A DNA stretch of 61,403 nt, taken from contig DATNNN010000160.1 of the NCBI GenBank assembly GCA_035601815.1, forward strand, positions 1 through 61,403, read 5' to 3'. The translations under genes were made by a program, and so were the position numbers. Of this stretch, positions 42,804 to 52,353 are shown piece after piece. The notes beneath the pieces were generated by a model that saw only the letters and a program-made list of their open reading frames with translations, did not search any database and had not been told where the DNA came from. How positions within the stretch are numbered: position 1 is the first letter of the stretch; each line of letters begins with the position of its first letter. Source of the stretch: Xanthobacteraceae bacterium. Lineage in GTDB: Bacteria; Pseudomonadota; Alphaproteobacteria; Rhizobiales; Xanthobacteraceae.

Positions 42804-44003
42804 ATGGCAAGCGTTCGTTCCGTTATATTGGGAATTGCGGCAGTAGCGGCTTCCGCGGCGGTGCCGGCGGGCGCGCCGGCCGCCGACCTCAAGATCGCGC
42901 TCATCGCCGGCAAGACCGGCGCGCTCGAGGCTTACGCCAAGCAGACCGAAACCGGCTTCATGCTCGGGTTGGAATATCTCACCAAGGGCACCATGAATTG
43001 GGAAGGGCGCAAGATCGTCGTCAGCGTCAAGGACGACCAGCTCAAGCCAGATCTCGCCCGCTCGCTCTTGGAGCAGGCCTACAATGACGAGAAGGTAGAC
43101 ATCGCCGTCGGCACCACGTCGTCGGCCGCCGCGCTCGCCATGCTGGCAATCGCCCAGGACTACAAGAAAGTGTTGCTGGTGGAGCCCGCCGTCGCCGACG
43201 CCATCACGGGCGAACGGTGGAACCGCTACATCTTCCGCACTGGCCGCAACTCGACCCAGGACGCCTTCGCTGCCGCGGCGGCGTTCCCAAAGACGGGCGA
43301 GGTGAATGTGGCGACGCTGGCGCAGGACTACGCCTTCGGCCGCGATGGCGTCGCGGCGCTGAAAGCGGCGCTCGCCGCCATCCGGCCGAACGTGAAGGTG
43401 GTGTCGGAGGAATACGCGCCGCAGAACACCACCGATTTCACCGCCTACGCGCAGCGGCTATTCGACGCGCTCAAGGACAAGTCGGGCAAGAAGGTGATCT
43501 CGATCATCTGGGCGGGGCCGCATCCGCTGCCGAAGATCGCGGCACTCGATCCCAAACGTTACGGCATCGAGATCGCACCGGGCGGCAACATCCTGCCGGT
43601 GATGCAGCTCTACAAGGAATATCCAGGCGTCGAGGGCGCCATCTACTACTACTGGAACTTCCCCAAGAACGAGATGAACCAGTGGCTGGTGGCCGAGCAC
43701 CAGAAGCGCTTCGGCACACCGCCCGACTTCTTCACCGCCGGCGGCTTCGCAGCGGCCGCCGCCGTGCTCGCCGCGGTCAAGGCCGCGGGCTCGACCGACA
43801 CCGAGGCGCTGATCAAGGCCATGGAGGGTCTCTCCTTCGACACGCCCAAGGGCAAGATGACCTTCCGCAAGGAGGATCATCAGGCGCTGCAGGAGATGTA
43901 TCACTTCAAGGTCAAGGCGAACGCCCAGGGCAACGATCTCCTCGATCTCGTCGCGGTGATCCCGCCCGCCGACATGCCGATTCCGGTCCGCGTCAAGCCG
44001 TGA
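42804..44003 (+). CDS. ABC transporter substrate-binding protein (LivK/Leu-Ile-Val-binding family, type I PBP)
   Basis: 399 aa with a signal peptide. First gene of an SBP-ATPase-ATPase-permease-permease operon. Confidence 0.88.
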   Translation: MASVRSVILGIAAVAASAAVPAGAPAADLKIALIAGKTGALEAYAKQTETGFMLGLEYLTKGTMNWEGRKIVVSVKDDQLKPDLARSLLEQAYNDEKVDIAVGTTSSAAALAMLAIAQDYKKVLLVEPAVADAITGERWNRYIFRTGRNSTQDAFAAAAAFPKTGEVNVATLAQDYAFGRDGVAALKAALAAIRPNVKVVSEEYAPQNTTDFTAYAQRLFDALKDKSGKKVISIIWAGPHPLPKIAALDPKRYGIEIAPGGNILPVMQLYKEYPGVEGAIYYYWNFPKNEMNQWLVAEHQKRFGTPPDFFTAGGFAAAAAVLAAVKAAGSTDTEALIKAMEGLSFDTPKGKMTFRKEDHQALQEMYHFKVKANAQGNDLLDLVAVIPPADMPIPVRVKP

Positions 44004-44011
44004 GCCAACGG

Positions 44012-44036
44012 CGGCCGGGTGGAAATCGCCCGGCCG
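44012..44036 (+). promoter_or_regulatory. Intercistronic stem-loop after the binding-protein gene
   Basis: 8-bp GC stem CGGCCGGG/CCCGGCCG with a 9-nt loop, 9 nt after the SBP stop. Such hairpins often stabilise or attenuate SBP transcripts in ABC operons. The function is inferred. Confidence 0.35.
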
Positions 44037-44052
44037 TCAGGCCCTCCGACGG

Positions 44053-44820
44053 ATGAGTCCCGCCCCCGTCCTCGAAACGCGCGATCTCACCATCCGCTTC
44101 GGCGGTCACGTGGCGGTGAACCGAGTTAGCTGCGCGTTCCGGCCGGGGAGCCTCACCGCCATCGTCGGACCGAACGGCGCCGGCAAGACCACGTACTTCA
44201 ATTTGATCTCAGGCCAGCTCGCGGCCAGCGCCGGCAGCGTTCTCGTCAAGGGCGAGGACGTGACGCGGCTCTCGGCTTCGGCGCGCACCCGGCGCGGCCT
44301 CGGGCGTGCGTTCCAGCTCACCAATCTCTTTCCCAATCTGACGGTGTTCGAGAACGTGCGGCTCGCGGTGCAGGCCCGCGCCCGCGCCGGCCTCGACCTC
44401 CTCACGCTATGGAACGACCGGCGCGATCTCATGGACGCCGCCGACGCAATTCTCGATCGCGTTCGCCTCGGGGACAAGCGCGAGGCCGCGGCGAGCGCGC
44501 TCTCTCACGGCGACCAACGCAAGCTCGAGGTGGCGTTATTGATCGCGCTCGAGCCCGACGTGTTCATGTTCGACGAGCCCACCGCTGGCATGTCGGTGGA
44601 CGAGGTGCCGACTATCCTCGAGATCATCGCGGAGCTGAAACGTGACGCCAGCAAGACGATCTTGTTGGTGGAGCACAAGATGGACGTGGTGCGCTCGCTC
44701 GCCGAGCGCATCATCGTGCTGCACAACGGCACGCTCGTCGCCGACGGCAAACCGGTGGAGGTGATGGCCTCCGACATCGTGCGCGAGGCCTATCTCGGCC
44801 AGGAGCTCGCCGATGCCTGA
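44053..44820 (+). CDS. ABC transporter ATP-binding protein (LivG-like)
   Basis: 255 aa. Walker A GPNGAGKTT, signature SHGDQRKLE, Walker B FMFDEP. Confidence 0.9.
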   Translation: MSPAPVLETRDLTIRFGGHVAVNRVSCAFRPGSLTAIVGPNGAGKTTYFNLISGQLAASAGSVLVKGEDVTRLSASARTRRGLGRAFQLTNLFPNLTVFENVRLAVQARARAGLDLLTLWNDRRDLMDAADAILDRVRLGDKREAAASALSHGDQRKLEVALLIALEPDVFMFDEPTAGMSVDEVPTILEIIAELKRDASKTILLVEHKMDVVRSLAERIIVLHNGTLVADGKPVEVMASDIVREAYLGQELADA

Positions 44821-45538
44821 GCCCATGCTCGCGCTCGAAGGCGTGCACACCCACATCGGCCGTTACCACATCCTGCAGGGCGTCGATCTCGTGGTGCCGC
44901 GCGGCGGCTTCACGATCCTGTTGGGACGCAACGGCGTGGGAAAAACCACGACGCTGCGCACGATCATGGGGCTTTGGAAGACGTCGCAAGGGCACGTCCG
45001 GTTCGCCGGCGAAGATGTGACCACGCGGGCGACGCCCGATATCGCCAGCGCCGGCATCGCCTATGTGCCGGAAAATATGAGCATTTTTTCGGGTCTGACA
45101 GTGAAGGAGAACCTGTTGCTGGCGACGCGGAGCGGTGAGCTCGATCCTGGCCGGCTTGCCTGGATCTTCTCCCTCTTCCCGGCGCTCGAGCGCTTCTACA
45201 GCCTCGCCGGCGGCGCGCTCTCCGGCGGGCAGAAGCAGATGTTGTCCATTGCCCGCGCGCTAATCGAGCCGCGCGAGCTCCTGCTCGTCGACGAGCCGAC
45301 GAAGGGGCTTGCGCCCGCGATCGTCACCAACATGATCCGCGCCTTTCGCGAGGTGAAGAAGGCGGGCGCGACCGTGCTCCTGGTCGAACAGAATTTCCTC
45401 GCGGCGCGCGCGCTCGGCGACACGGTGGCGGTGATGGACGACGGCCGCGTCACCCATCGCGGGACGATGGCGGAGCTCGCCGCCGATCGCTTGCTGCAGC
45501 AGCGCCTGCTCGGGCTGCATCTGGACGTGCATCAATGA
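44813..45538 (+). CDS. ABC transporter ATP-binding protein (LivF-like)
   Basis: 241 aa. Walker A GRNGVGKTT, signature LSGGQKQML, Walker B LLVDEP. Confidence 0.9.
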   Translation: MPEPMLALEGVHTHIGRYHILQGVDLVVPRGGFTILLGRNGVGKTTTLRTIMGLWKTSQGHVRFAGEDVTTRATPDIASAGIAYVPENMSIFSGLTVKENLLLATRSGELDPGRLAWIFSLFPALERFYSLAGGALSGGQKQMLSIARALIEPRELLLVDEPTKGLAPAIVTNMIRAFREVKKAGATVLLVEQNFLAARALGDTVAVMDDGRVTHRGTMAELAADRLLQQRLLGLHLDVHQ

Positions 45539-46560
45539 GCGACGCGACGATTCCCGTGAAAGAGGAGGCGGCGCTCGCCGTCGCCCGCATCGATTGGATT
45601 CCGATCGCGCTCACGGTCGGCATCGCGCTCGCGGCACTTCCGCTCGTCGGCAGCTTCCCGACCTGGGTGACGCTCACGGTGGCGGGGCTCGCCATGGGCA
45701 TGATGATCTTCATCATGGCGTCGGGACTGACCCTGGTGTTCGGATTGATGGACGTGATCAACTTCGGCCACGGCGTATTCATCTCGGTCGGCGCCTACGT
45801 GAGTCTCTTGGTGCTGTGGCCGCTCGCTGGCTGGGTAGCGGCGCCGTCGGTAGTACTCAACGTAAGCGTCCTGCTCCTTTGCATCCTGGTCGCGATGGCG
45901 ACGACGGGCCTGTTCGGCTGGGCGTTCGAGCGGGTGATCGTGCGCCCGGTCTATGGCCAGCACCTGAAGCAGATCCTTGTCACTATGGGCGGCCTCATCG
46001 TGGTCGAGCAGCTCATCCACGTATTCTGGGGCGCGAGCCCGATCACCATCGCCTTGCCGGAAACCTTTCGCGGCGCCTTCGCCTTCGGGCCGGACGTGGT
46101 GGTGGAGCGCTATCGCGTCATCGTGGTGGCGGTGGGGCTCGTGGTGCTTGCGGGGATGCTGCTGGTGCTCGGCCGCACCCGCATCGGGCTGCTCGTGCGC
46201 GCCGGGGTGGAGAATCCGGAGATGGTGGAGGCGCTCGGCTATCACATCCGCCGGCTGTTCATCGGCGTGTTCGTGATGGGCTCGGCGCTCGCCGGCCTCG
46301 GCGGGGTGATGTGGGGCTTCTACCAGCAAACGCTCACCGCCGGCATGGGCATGCAGGTGTTGGTGCTGATCTTCATCGTCGTCATCATCGGCGGGCTCGG
46401 CTCGATCGGCGGCTGCTTCATCGGGTCGCTCATCGTGGCGCTGGTCGCGAACTATGCCGCGTTCCTCGAGCCGAAGATCGCGCTCGTCTCCAACATCGCG
46501 CTCATGCTGATCGTGCTCCTGTGGCGGCCGCAGGGGCTTTATCCCGTGAACAAGCACTGA
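45535..46560 (+). CDS. Branched-chain amino acid ABC transporter permease (LivH-like)
   Basis: 341 aa, polytopic. Motif LTLVFGLMDVINFGHG is typical of LivH. Confidence 0.9.
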   Translation: MSDATIPVKEEAALAVARIDWIPIALTVGIALAALPLVGSFPTWVTLTVAGLAMGMMIFIMASGLTLVFGLMDVINFGHGVFISVGAYVSLLVLWPLAGWVAAPSVVLNVSVLLLCILVAMATTGLFGWAFERVIVRPVYGQHLKQILVTMGGLIVVEQLIHVFWGASPITIALPETFRGAFAFGPDVVVERYRVIVVAVGLVVLAGMLLVLGRTRIGLLVRAGVENPEMVEALGYHIRRLFIGVFVMGSALAGLGGVMWGFYQQTLTAGMGMQVLVLIFIVVIIGGLGSIGGCFIGSLIVALVANYAAFLEPKIALVSNIALMLIVLLWRPQGLYPVNKH

Positions 46561-46565
46561 CGCCG

Positions 46566-47636
46566 ATGCTCGCCCGTCTCCTCTCCCGGGATCTTCCGCG
46601 CTCCGGTGCGCTTTCGGCAGCGCTGCTCGTCATCCTAATCGGCCTTGCGTTCGCGCCGTTTCTGTTCGCCGGCGCACAGCCGCTGAACGTGGCGGCCAAG
46701 ATCTGCGTGTTCGTGCTCTTGGTCGCGGCCTACGATCTGCTACTTGGCTACACCGGCATCGTCTCCTTCGCCCACACCATGTTCTTCGGCATCGGCGGCT
46801 ATGGCGTCGCCATCGCGCTCGCCCGCTTCGACGCAGGCTGGGGCGCGCTGGCGCTCGGGATCGTCGCCGCCTGCGCCCTCGCGGGCGCGCTCGCTCTCGT
46901 CATCGGGCTCTTCTCGCTCCGGGTGCGCGCGATCTTCTTCGCCATGATCACGCTGGCGGTGGCGTCGGTGTTTGCGGTGCTCGCGTCGCAGCTCTCCGGC
47001 ATCACCGGCGGAGAGGACGGGCTGAACTACCGCGTGCCCGAGCTTCTGCGGCCGTCGTTCCGCCTGTTCGAGAACCCGGTCTTCGGCACCGTGGTGAACG
47101 GCCGGATCGTCACCTATTACGTCGTGTTCGCCGTGGCGCTCGCGGGCTTCCTGGTGCTGCTTCGCATCGTTAACTCGCTGTTCGGCCGCGTGCTCCAGGC
47201 GATCCGCGAGAATGACTTCCGCGCCGAGGCGCTGGGCTATCCGGTGGTGGTCTATCGGTCGATCGCGAGCGTCATCTCGGCGGTGGCGGCGGCGCTCGCC
47301 GGCATACTCTTGGCGCTGTGGCTGCGCTACACCGGGCCGGACACGACGCTCTCCTTCACCATAATGATCGACGTGCTGCTCATGGTGGTGATCGGCGGCA
47401 TGGGCACGCTCTATGGCGCGGTCATCGGCGCCACCTTAATGATCATGGCGGAGAACTATCTGCAGGTGCTCATGGGCCGCCTCAGCGAGGCCACGGCCGG
47501 GCTGCCACTGTTGCCCGCGCTGTTCTCGCCGGACCGCTGGCTGTTGTGGCTCGGCATTCTGTTCGTGCTGAGCGTCTATTTTTTCCCTGCAGGCATTGTT
47601 GGCCGGCTGCGCGCGGGCGCGGCGCGGAACTCGTAG
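46566..47636 (+). CDS. Branched-chain amino acid ABC transporter permease (LivM-like)
   Basis: 356 aa from MLARLLSRDL. Motif LLLGYTGIVSFAHTMFFGIGGY is typical of LivM. Confidence 0.9.
   Translation: MLARLLSRDLPRSGALSAALLVILIGLAFAPFLFAGAQPLNVAAKICVFVLLVAAYDLLLGYTGIVSFAHTMFFGIGGYGVAIALARFDAGWGALALGIVAACALAGALALVIGLFSLRVRAIFFAMITLAVASVFAVLASQLSGITGGEDGLNYRVPELLRPSFRLFENPVFGTVVNGRIVTYYVVFAVALAGFLVLLRIVNSLFGRVLQAIRENDFRAEALGYPVVVYRSIASVISAVAAALAGILLALWLRYTGPDTTLSFTIMIDVLLMVVIGGMGTLYGAVIGATLMIMAENYLQVLMGRLSEATAGLPLLPALFSPDRWLLWLGILFVLSVYFFPAGIVGRLRAGAARNS
47481..47636 (+). repeat. Intact livM 3' end (last 51 codons plus stop), homologous to the relic at 55347-55502
   Basis: Manual codon alignment gives 136/156 nt identical. 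17 of 52 codons differ, but only 2 amino acids change. Confidence 0.85.
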
Positions 47637-47781
47637 GGCTCAAGCCTCCCGGGCGACCCCGAAGGCCCCTGAAACGCATTGTGAATGTGCGGGCGCTTGT
47701 GCTTTCCTTGCCATCGAACGGCTCAAGCGCCACGGCGGTCGCATCGCGGCCGGGCAAGGGGCGCGCATGGGGGAGCAAAAT

Positions 47782-48750
47782 ATGCGTATTTGGCTGACCG
47801 CGGTATCGGCGGTGGTGCTCTCGGCTTCGCTCAACACTGCAGGCGCCCAGGAAGTCACGCTCAAGGGCATCACGTCGTTCGCCGAGAAGACGTTCTACTC
47901 GCGCGGCTTTGAGAAGTTCATCGACAAGGTCAATGCCGACGGCAAGGGCGTGATCCAGATCAACTACATCGGCGGGCCGAAGGCGATGCCGCCGTTCGAG
48001 GTCGGCAACGCGCTCAAAGGCGGCGTCGTCGACATCGCCAACGTCACCGGGGCCTTCTACACCAACCTCATGCCCGAGGCCGACGCCTGGAAGCTCACCG
48101 AGCGGCCGATGTCGGAGCTGCGCAAGAACGGCGGCTACGACTACATGGCGAAGATCTACGACCAGAAGCTCAACGCCATCCTGCTCGCGCGCCACATCGA
48201 CAACAATCCGTTCCACCTCTACCTGAACAAGCCGATCGACAAGATCGACCTCACGGGCCTCAAGCTGCGCATCACGCCGGTCTATCGCGACTTCTTCCAA
48301 TCGCTCGGCGCCACCGTCGTGCAGACCGCACCGGGCGAGGTCTACACCGCGCTCGAGCGCGGCGTGGTCGACGGCTACGGCTGGCCGATCACCGGCATCT
48401 TCGATCTCGGCTGGCACGAGAAGACCAAGTACCGTGTCGATCCCGGCTTCTACTCGGCCGAGGTCAGCATCCTGATCAACAAGGCGACGTGGGACCGGCT
48501 CAACGACGCGCAGAAGAAGGTCGTCACCGACGCCGCCGTGTGGCTCGAAGGCCAGGCCCAGGACACGGTCAAGGAGAACGAGGCCGACATCGCCAAGCAG
48601 AAAGCTGCCGGCATCCAGGTGATCGAGTTCAAGGGCGCCGATGGCGCCGCCTTCCGCGCTAAGGCGTACGAGGCGGGCTGGGCCGGCGTCATCCGGCAGA
48701 GTCCCGAGCACGGCCCGAAGCTCCGGGAGTTCTTCTCCAAGGCCAAGTAG
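47782..48750 (+). CDS. TRAP transporter substrate-binding protein (DctP family)
   Basis: Starts MRIWLTAVSAVVLSASLNTAGAQ (signal peptide). DctP-family length. Followed by Q and M subunits. Confidence 0.88.
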   Translation: MRIWLTAVSAVVLSASLNTAGAQEVTLKGITSFAEKTFYSRGFEKFIDKVNADGKGVIQINYIGGPKAMPPFEVGNALKGGVVDIANVTGAFYTNLMPEADAWKLTERPMSELRKNGGYDYMAKIYDQKLNAILLARHIDNNPFHLYLNKPIDKIDLTGLKLRITPVYRDFFQSLGATVVQTAPGEVYTALERGVVDGYGWPITGIFDLGWHEKTKYRVDPGFYSAEVSILINKATWDRLNDAQKKVVTDAAVWLEGQAQDTVKENEADIAKQKAAGIQVIEFKGADGAAFRAKAYEAGWAGVIRQSPEHGPKLREFFSKAK

Positions 48751-48783
48751 CGGGTCGAGCATCACGCCGGCGAGGAGCGCGAC

Positions 48784-49299
48784 ATGGATCGCTTGTCCGG
48801 GGCGTTCGGCCGCTTTCTCGATTGGCTGATGGGCTTGGCCTGCCTGCTGCTGTTCGCCATGACGCTGTTGATCGGCGGCGACGTGTTCACGCGCAACGCC
48901 GGTGTCGGCGGCATCGCGTGGAGCAACGAGGTGTCCGAGAACATCCTCTATCTCATCACGCTGTTCTCGGCGCCGTGGCTGCTGCGCCAAGGCCAGCATA
49001 TCCGCGTGGACATCCTGCTGCGCGCGATTCCTGCCGGCGTCGGATGGGTGCTGGAGTGGATCGGCGACCTCTTGGGTTTCGCCTGCTCGGTCTACTTCGT
49101 CTGGTACGGCTTCAAGGTGCTGGCTGCCAGCTACCAGGCGGGCGCGATCAACATCAAAACCCTGGTTACGCCGGAATGGTGGCTGCTCGCGCCCCTGCCG
49201 ATCGCGTTCCTGCTGGTGGCGATCGAGTTCATCTTCCGCATGCGCCGCCTCGCCCACGGCGAACGGGCGCCGCGTACCGACGCGGTGTCGGTGTCATGA
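48784..49299 (+). CDS. TRAP transporter small permease (DctQ family)
   Basis: 171 aa with four TM helices. Overlaps the dctM-like start by 4 nt (ATGA). Confidence 0.85.
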   Translation: MDRLSGAFGRFLDWLMGLACLLLFAMTLLIGGDVFTRNAGVGGIAWSNEVSENILYLITLFSAPWLLRQGQHIRVDILLRAIPAGVGWVLEWIGDLLGFACSVYFVWYGFKVLAASYQAGAINIKTLVTPEWWLLAPLPIAFLLVAIEFIFRMRRLAHGERAPRTDAVSVS

Positions 49300-50612
49300 C
49301 CTGGCAGCTCGCCGCGCTGCTCCTGCTCGGTGGATCGACGGTGTTGCTGCTGCTCGGCATGCCGGTGGCGCTTTCCTTCGTCGCCATCAACATCGTCGGC
49401 GCGTTCCTCTATCTCAGCGGCGAGGCCGGACTCTCCCAGGTGGTGCGCAACAGCGTCGTCTCGGTCATGAGCTTCTCGCTCACGCCGATCCCGCTCTTCA
49501 TCCTGATGGGCGAGGTCCTGTTCCACACGGGCCTTGCCGTCCGCGTCATCGACGGCGTCGAGCGGCTCATCCGCCAGGTGCCGGGCCGGCTCGCCGTGGT
49601 CGCCGTGGTCGCCGGCACCGTGTTCTCGGCGATCTCGGGCTCCACCATCGCCACCACCGCCATGCTCGGCTCGCTGATGTTGCCGATCATGCTCGCCCGC
49701 GGCTATCACCCCACCATGGCGACCGGACCCATCATGGCGATCGGCGCCGTGGACATGCTGATTCCACCCTCGGCGCTGACCGTGCTGCTAGGCTCGCTTT
49801 CGGGAATCTCGATCTCCAAGCTTTTGATCGGCGGCGTGGTGCCGGGCTTGATGCTGTCCGTTGCTTTCGTCGTCTACATCATCGTGCGCGCGAAGATCTC
49901 GCCCCGGCTCGCGCCGCCGACGCCCATCGCTAAGGCGGCAGGCTGGGAGAACTGGCGCCTGCTCATCCTCTATGTCGTGCCGCTGATCACGATCTTCGCC
50001 GTGGTGGTCGGCGCCATGTCGGCGGGGTTCGCGACACCCACGGAATCCGCAGCACTCGGCGCCATCGCCACTATGGCGCTCGCCGCGCTCTACCGCGTCT
50101 TGACCGTCGACGCCCTGGTGAGGTCGCTCCGGGGCACGGTGGCGATCACCGGCATGATCCTGTTCATCATCCTCGGCGCCACCACCTTCTCCCAGATCCT
50201 GAGTTTTTCCGGCGCCACCGACGGAATCGTCTCCCTCATCCTCGGCCAGGGCTTCTCGGAGCTCGCGCTCGTGGCCCTGATGATGGCGACGCTGGTGTTC
50301 CTCGGCATCTTCGTCGACCAGGTCAGCATGATGCTGATCACGCTGCCCGTCTTCATGCCGCTGGTGACGAGGCTCGGCGTCGATCCCATCTGGTTCGGCG
50401 TCCTATTTCTTATCTGCATGCAGCTCGGCCTCTTGCTGCCGCCGCACGGGCTTCTGCTCATGACCATGCGCGGCGTGGCGCCGCCGGAAGTGACGTTCGC
50501 CCACATCTTTCAGGCGGTCGTTCCCTATGTGATCATGAGCCTGTTGCTGCTCGGCCTTCTGTTGCTCGTGCCGCAAATCGCCACCTGGCTGCCCAACCTC
50601 TTGATCGGTTGA
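49296..50612 (+). CDS. TRAP transporter large permease (DctM family)
   Basis: 438 aa from MTWQLAALLLLGG, polytopic. Typical DctM blocks (GSTIATTAMLGSLMLP, GVAPPEV). Confidence 0.9.
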   Translation: MTWQLAALLLLGGSTVLLLLGMPVALSFVAINIVGAFLYLSGEAGLSQVVRNSVVSVMSFSLTPIPLFILMGEVLFHTGLAVRVIDGVERLIRQVPGRLAVVAVVAGTVFSAISGSTIATTAMLGSLMLPIMLARGYHPTMATGPIMAIGAVDMLIPPSALTVLLGSLSGISISKLLIGGVVPGLMLSVAFVVYIIVRAKISPRLAPPTPIAKAAGWENWRLLILYVVPLITIFAVVVGAMSAGFATPTESAALGAIATMALAALYRVLTVDALVRSLRGTVAITGMILFIILGATTFSQILSFSGATDGIVSLILGQGFSELALVALMMATLVFLGIFVDQVSMMLITLPVFMPLVTRLGVDPIWFGVLFLICMQLGLLLPPHGLLLMTMRGVAPPEVTFAHIFQAVVPYVIMSLLLLGLLLLVPQIATWLPNLLIG

Positions 50613-50632
50613 ATGCGGAATTGAGGAGTCCG

Positions 50633-52291
50633 ATGAAAGGCAATTCCACGGTCGCCGCCGTCATCGCGCGCGATCTCGCCGCGCTCGGCGCGCGGCGCTG
50701 CTTCGGCCTGCTCGGCACCGCGAACTTCAAGATCACGCATGCGCTGGTGGAGGCGGGCGTCGAGCTGATCTCGGCCCGCCATGAAGGCAACGCCGCTACC
50801 ATGGCCGACGCCTATGCCAAGGCCACCGGCGAGCTCACGCTCGTCAGCGTCCACTCGGGGCCCGGCCTCACCAACGCCATCACCGGCATCGGCGAGGCCG
50901 CGAAGAGCCGCACGCCCCTCGTGGTGCTGGCGGGCGACGTGCCCACCGGCGCGGTGCGATCGAACTTCTACATCGAGCAGGCCGAGCTCGCGCGCTCCGT
51001 CGGTGCGGTGTCCGAGCGCATCCACACGCCGCAGACGGCGCGCGCCGATACGTTGCGCGCCGTCACCCGCGCGTTGCGCGACCGCCAGACCGTGGTGCTG
51101 TCGCTCCCCACCGACGTGCAGGACGCGGAGCTCCCCGCGAGCAACGCGCCGCTCGCGTTGCCGCCCGATCCCGGCCGACTGCAGCCGGATCCCGCCGCCG
51201 TGCGCCGTCTCGCCGAAGCGCTCGCGTGCGCCGAACGTCCGCTCATTCTCGGCGGGCGCGGCGCCGTGTTGTCCGACGCGGAGGAGGCGCTCGTCGCGCT
51301 TGCCGACCGCACCGGCGCGCTGCTCGCCACGTCCGCGTGCGGGCACGGGCTGTTTGCCGGAAATTTCTGGTCGCTCGGCATCTGCGGCGGCTTCTCGTCG
51401 CCCATCGCCGACGCGTTGATCCCCGAGAGCGACCTCATCGTCGGCTTCGGCGCGAGCTTCACCCAGTGGACCACCAAGAAGGGCAAGCTCACCGCCGGCG
51501 CTACCATCGCTCAGGTCGATGTGGAGGCCGCGAAGCTCGGCAGCCACACGCCGATTGGGCTCGCGGTCCACGGCGACGCCAAGGCGACCGCCGAGGCGCT
51601 GCTCGCCGAGCTCGGCCGGCAAGGCCTCACGAGCCCGCGGCCGGGTCGCCGCAGCGACCGCATGCGCGAGCGCATCCATTCCGGTGACAACCATCACAGC
51701 CCGCAGCGGGACGAGTCCACCGCGCACGTCATCGATCCCCGCACGTTGAGCAAGGCGGTGGACGAGATCCTGCCCAAGGATCGCGTGGTAGCGTCGGACT
51801 CCGGCCATTTCTGCGGATGGGTGCCGCGCTATCTGCGCGTGCTGAATCCACGCGCCTCATGTCTGAGCCATTCCTTCCAGTCGGTGGGCCTCGGGCTCGC
51901 GTCGGCGATCGGCCTGGCCATCGCCAACCCGGGCAAGCTCGCGGTCCTCGGCGCCGGCGACGCCGGATTTCTCATGTCGATTTCCGATCTTGAGACCGCG
52001 CTCCGCCTGAAGCTGCGGATGTGCATCCTGATCTACAACGATGCTTCCTTGGCCGCGGAAGTCCACTACTTCCAGCGCAAGGGCTATTCCACTGACATCG
52101 TGCAATTCCCCGACACGGATTTCGCCGCCATCGCGCGAGGATATGGCGCGCAAGCGGCGACCGTGCGCACACTCGCCGATCTCGAGCCGTTGCGGAAATG
52201 GGTGAAGGACGGCGCCCCCGGTGTGTTCGTGATCGACGGCAAGATCAATCCGGAGCTTGAGGCCGACTGGCACGCAGAGCACTTCCCGTAG
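50633..52291 (+). CDS. Thiamine diphosphate-dependent enzyme (acetolactate synthase/benzoylformate decarboxylase-like)
   Basis: 552 aa from MKGNSTVAAV. N-terminal PYR domain (HEGNAATMADAYAK, GPGLTNA). ThDP-binding motif GAGDAGFLMSISDLETA...IYNDAS. Confidence 0.85.
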   Translation: MKGNSTVAAVIARDLAALGARRCFGLLGTANFKITHALVEAGVELISARHEGNAATMADAYAKATGELTLVSVHSGPGLTNAITGIGEAAKSRTPLVVLAGDVPTGAVRSNFYIEQAELARSVGAVSERIHTPQTARADTLRAVTRALRDRQTVVLSLPTDVQDAELPASNAPLALPPDPGRLQPDPAAVRRLAEALACAERPLILGGRGAVLSDAEEALVALADRTGALLATSACGHGLFAGNFWSLGICGGFSSPIADALIPESDLIVGFGASFTQWTTKKGKLTAGATIAQVDVEAAKLGSHTPIGLAVHGDAKATAEALLAELGRQGLTSPRPGRRSDRMRERIHSGDNHHSPQRDESTAHVIDPRTLSKAVDEILPKDRVVASDSGHFCGWVPRYLRVLNPRASCLSHSFQSVGLGLASAIGLAIANPGKLAVLGAGDAGFLMSISDLETALRLKLRMCILIYNDASLAAEVHYFQRKGYSTDIVQFPDTDFAAIARGYGAQAATVRTLADLEPLRKWVKDGAPGVFVIDGKINPELEADWHAEHFP

Positions 52292-52353
52292 TCGCACGCA
52301 GGGACTTCATTCACCACGATCATAAGCTGTCAGCGTCTATTGCTGCCTCTTGC